Assembly (NCBI RefSeq): GCF_004010195.1
Contig: NC_057752.1
Location: forward strand, 14,819,279-14,839,278
From: Chiloscyllium plagiosum
Lineage: Eukaryota
DNA: 20,000 nucleotides
Direction of reading: 5' to 3'
Under the pieces are notes generated by a model. The model was not told where the DNA came from and ran no database searches. It worked only from the letters and a program-made list of their open reading frames with translations. Both the position numbers and the translations under genes were made by a program. Below, piece after piece: positions 19,249 through 20,000 of this stretch. Numbering within the stretch: position 1 is the stretch's first letter; each line of letters begins with the position of its first letter.

Positions 19249-20000
19249 TTGTAGTAGTCATGGGCGATTTCAACTTCCCAAATATTGATTGGAAGCTCTT
19301 TAGATCAAGTAGATTGGATGGGGCGGTGTTTGTGCAGTGTGTCCAGGAAGCTTTCCTAACACAGTTTATAGATTGTCCGACCAGAGGGGAGGCCATTTTG
19401 GATTTGGTACTCGGTAATGAACCGAGACAAGTGATGGGCTTGTTAGTGGGTGAACATTTTGGTGATGGTGACCACAATTCTGTGACTTTCACCTTGGTTA
19501 TGGAGAGAGATAGGTGCGCACAACAAGGTAGATTTTATAATTGGGGGAAGGGAAATTACGATGCTGTAAGGCAGGATTTGAGGAGCATACGTTGGGAGCA
19601 TAGGATGTCAGGGAAGGATGTGGTGGAAATGTGGAACTTTTTCAAAGAGCAGATACGACGCGTCCATGATATGTATGTACCTATCAGGCAGGAAAGAAAT
19701 GGTCATGTGAGGGAGCCTTGGTTGACGAGAGAGGTTGAATGTCTGGTAAAGAGGAAGAAGGAGGCTTACATAAGGTGAGGAAACAGGATTCAGACAGAGC
19801 AGTGGAGGGATACAGGATAGCCAGAAGGGACCTGAAGAAAGAGATTAGGAGAGCTAAGAGAGGGCATGAAAAATCGTTGGCGGATAGGAACAAGGATAAC
19901 CCCAAGGCATTTTATGCGTATGTGAGAAACCTGAGAATGACGAGAACGAGGGCAGGTCCGATCAAGGACAGTAGTGGGAGACTGTATATTGAGTCGGAAG
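19249..20000 (+). mobile_element. Young CR1 ORF2 endonuclease C-half and linker; runs off the window
   Basis: VVVMGDFNFPNIDW..PTRGEAILDLVLGNEP..EHFGDGDH..REPWLTREV, one frameshift near 19776, then EIRRAKRGHEK..KDNPKAFYAYVR. Confidence 0.95.

Noticed and set aside
1..20000. CRISPR array, prokaryotic operon or intact autonomous retrotransposon
   Set aside because: No regularly spaced repeat-spacer array is present, the sequence is vertebrate intronic DNA, and every LINE piece is truncated or frameshifted.

Overview
Eukaryotic, repeat-dense intronic DNA from a cartilaginous fish. The HE1/V-SINEs with (TAATC)n tails and the abundant CR1 LINEs point to a shark; a carpet/bamboo shark is only a guess. 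The one host-gene signal is two consecutive + strand coding exons of a SPRYD3-family gene (3580-3704 and 10775-10910). They have canonical splice sites and compatible phases, and are separated by a ~7 kb intron. Most of the rest is a nested patchwork of mobile DNA: CR1 LINE fragments (ORF1 zinc-finger/SGNH esterase, ORF2 endonuclease/RT, 3' tails), a second CR1/L2-group LINE, an L2 tail, HE1 SINEs, a second tRNA-derived SINE split by a 3.5 kb insertion, a possible LTR piece and unclassified non-coding retroposons. The most unusual signal is four ~90-180 bp Penelope-like pieces. Each begins at a degenerate minimal hammerhead-ribozyme core, and two have target-site duplications. There are two assembly gaps (500 N and 56 N). 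No CRISPR array or prokaryotic system is present. Repeat family names come from motif recognition, not from database searches.
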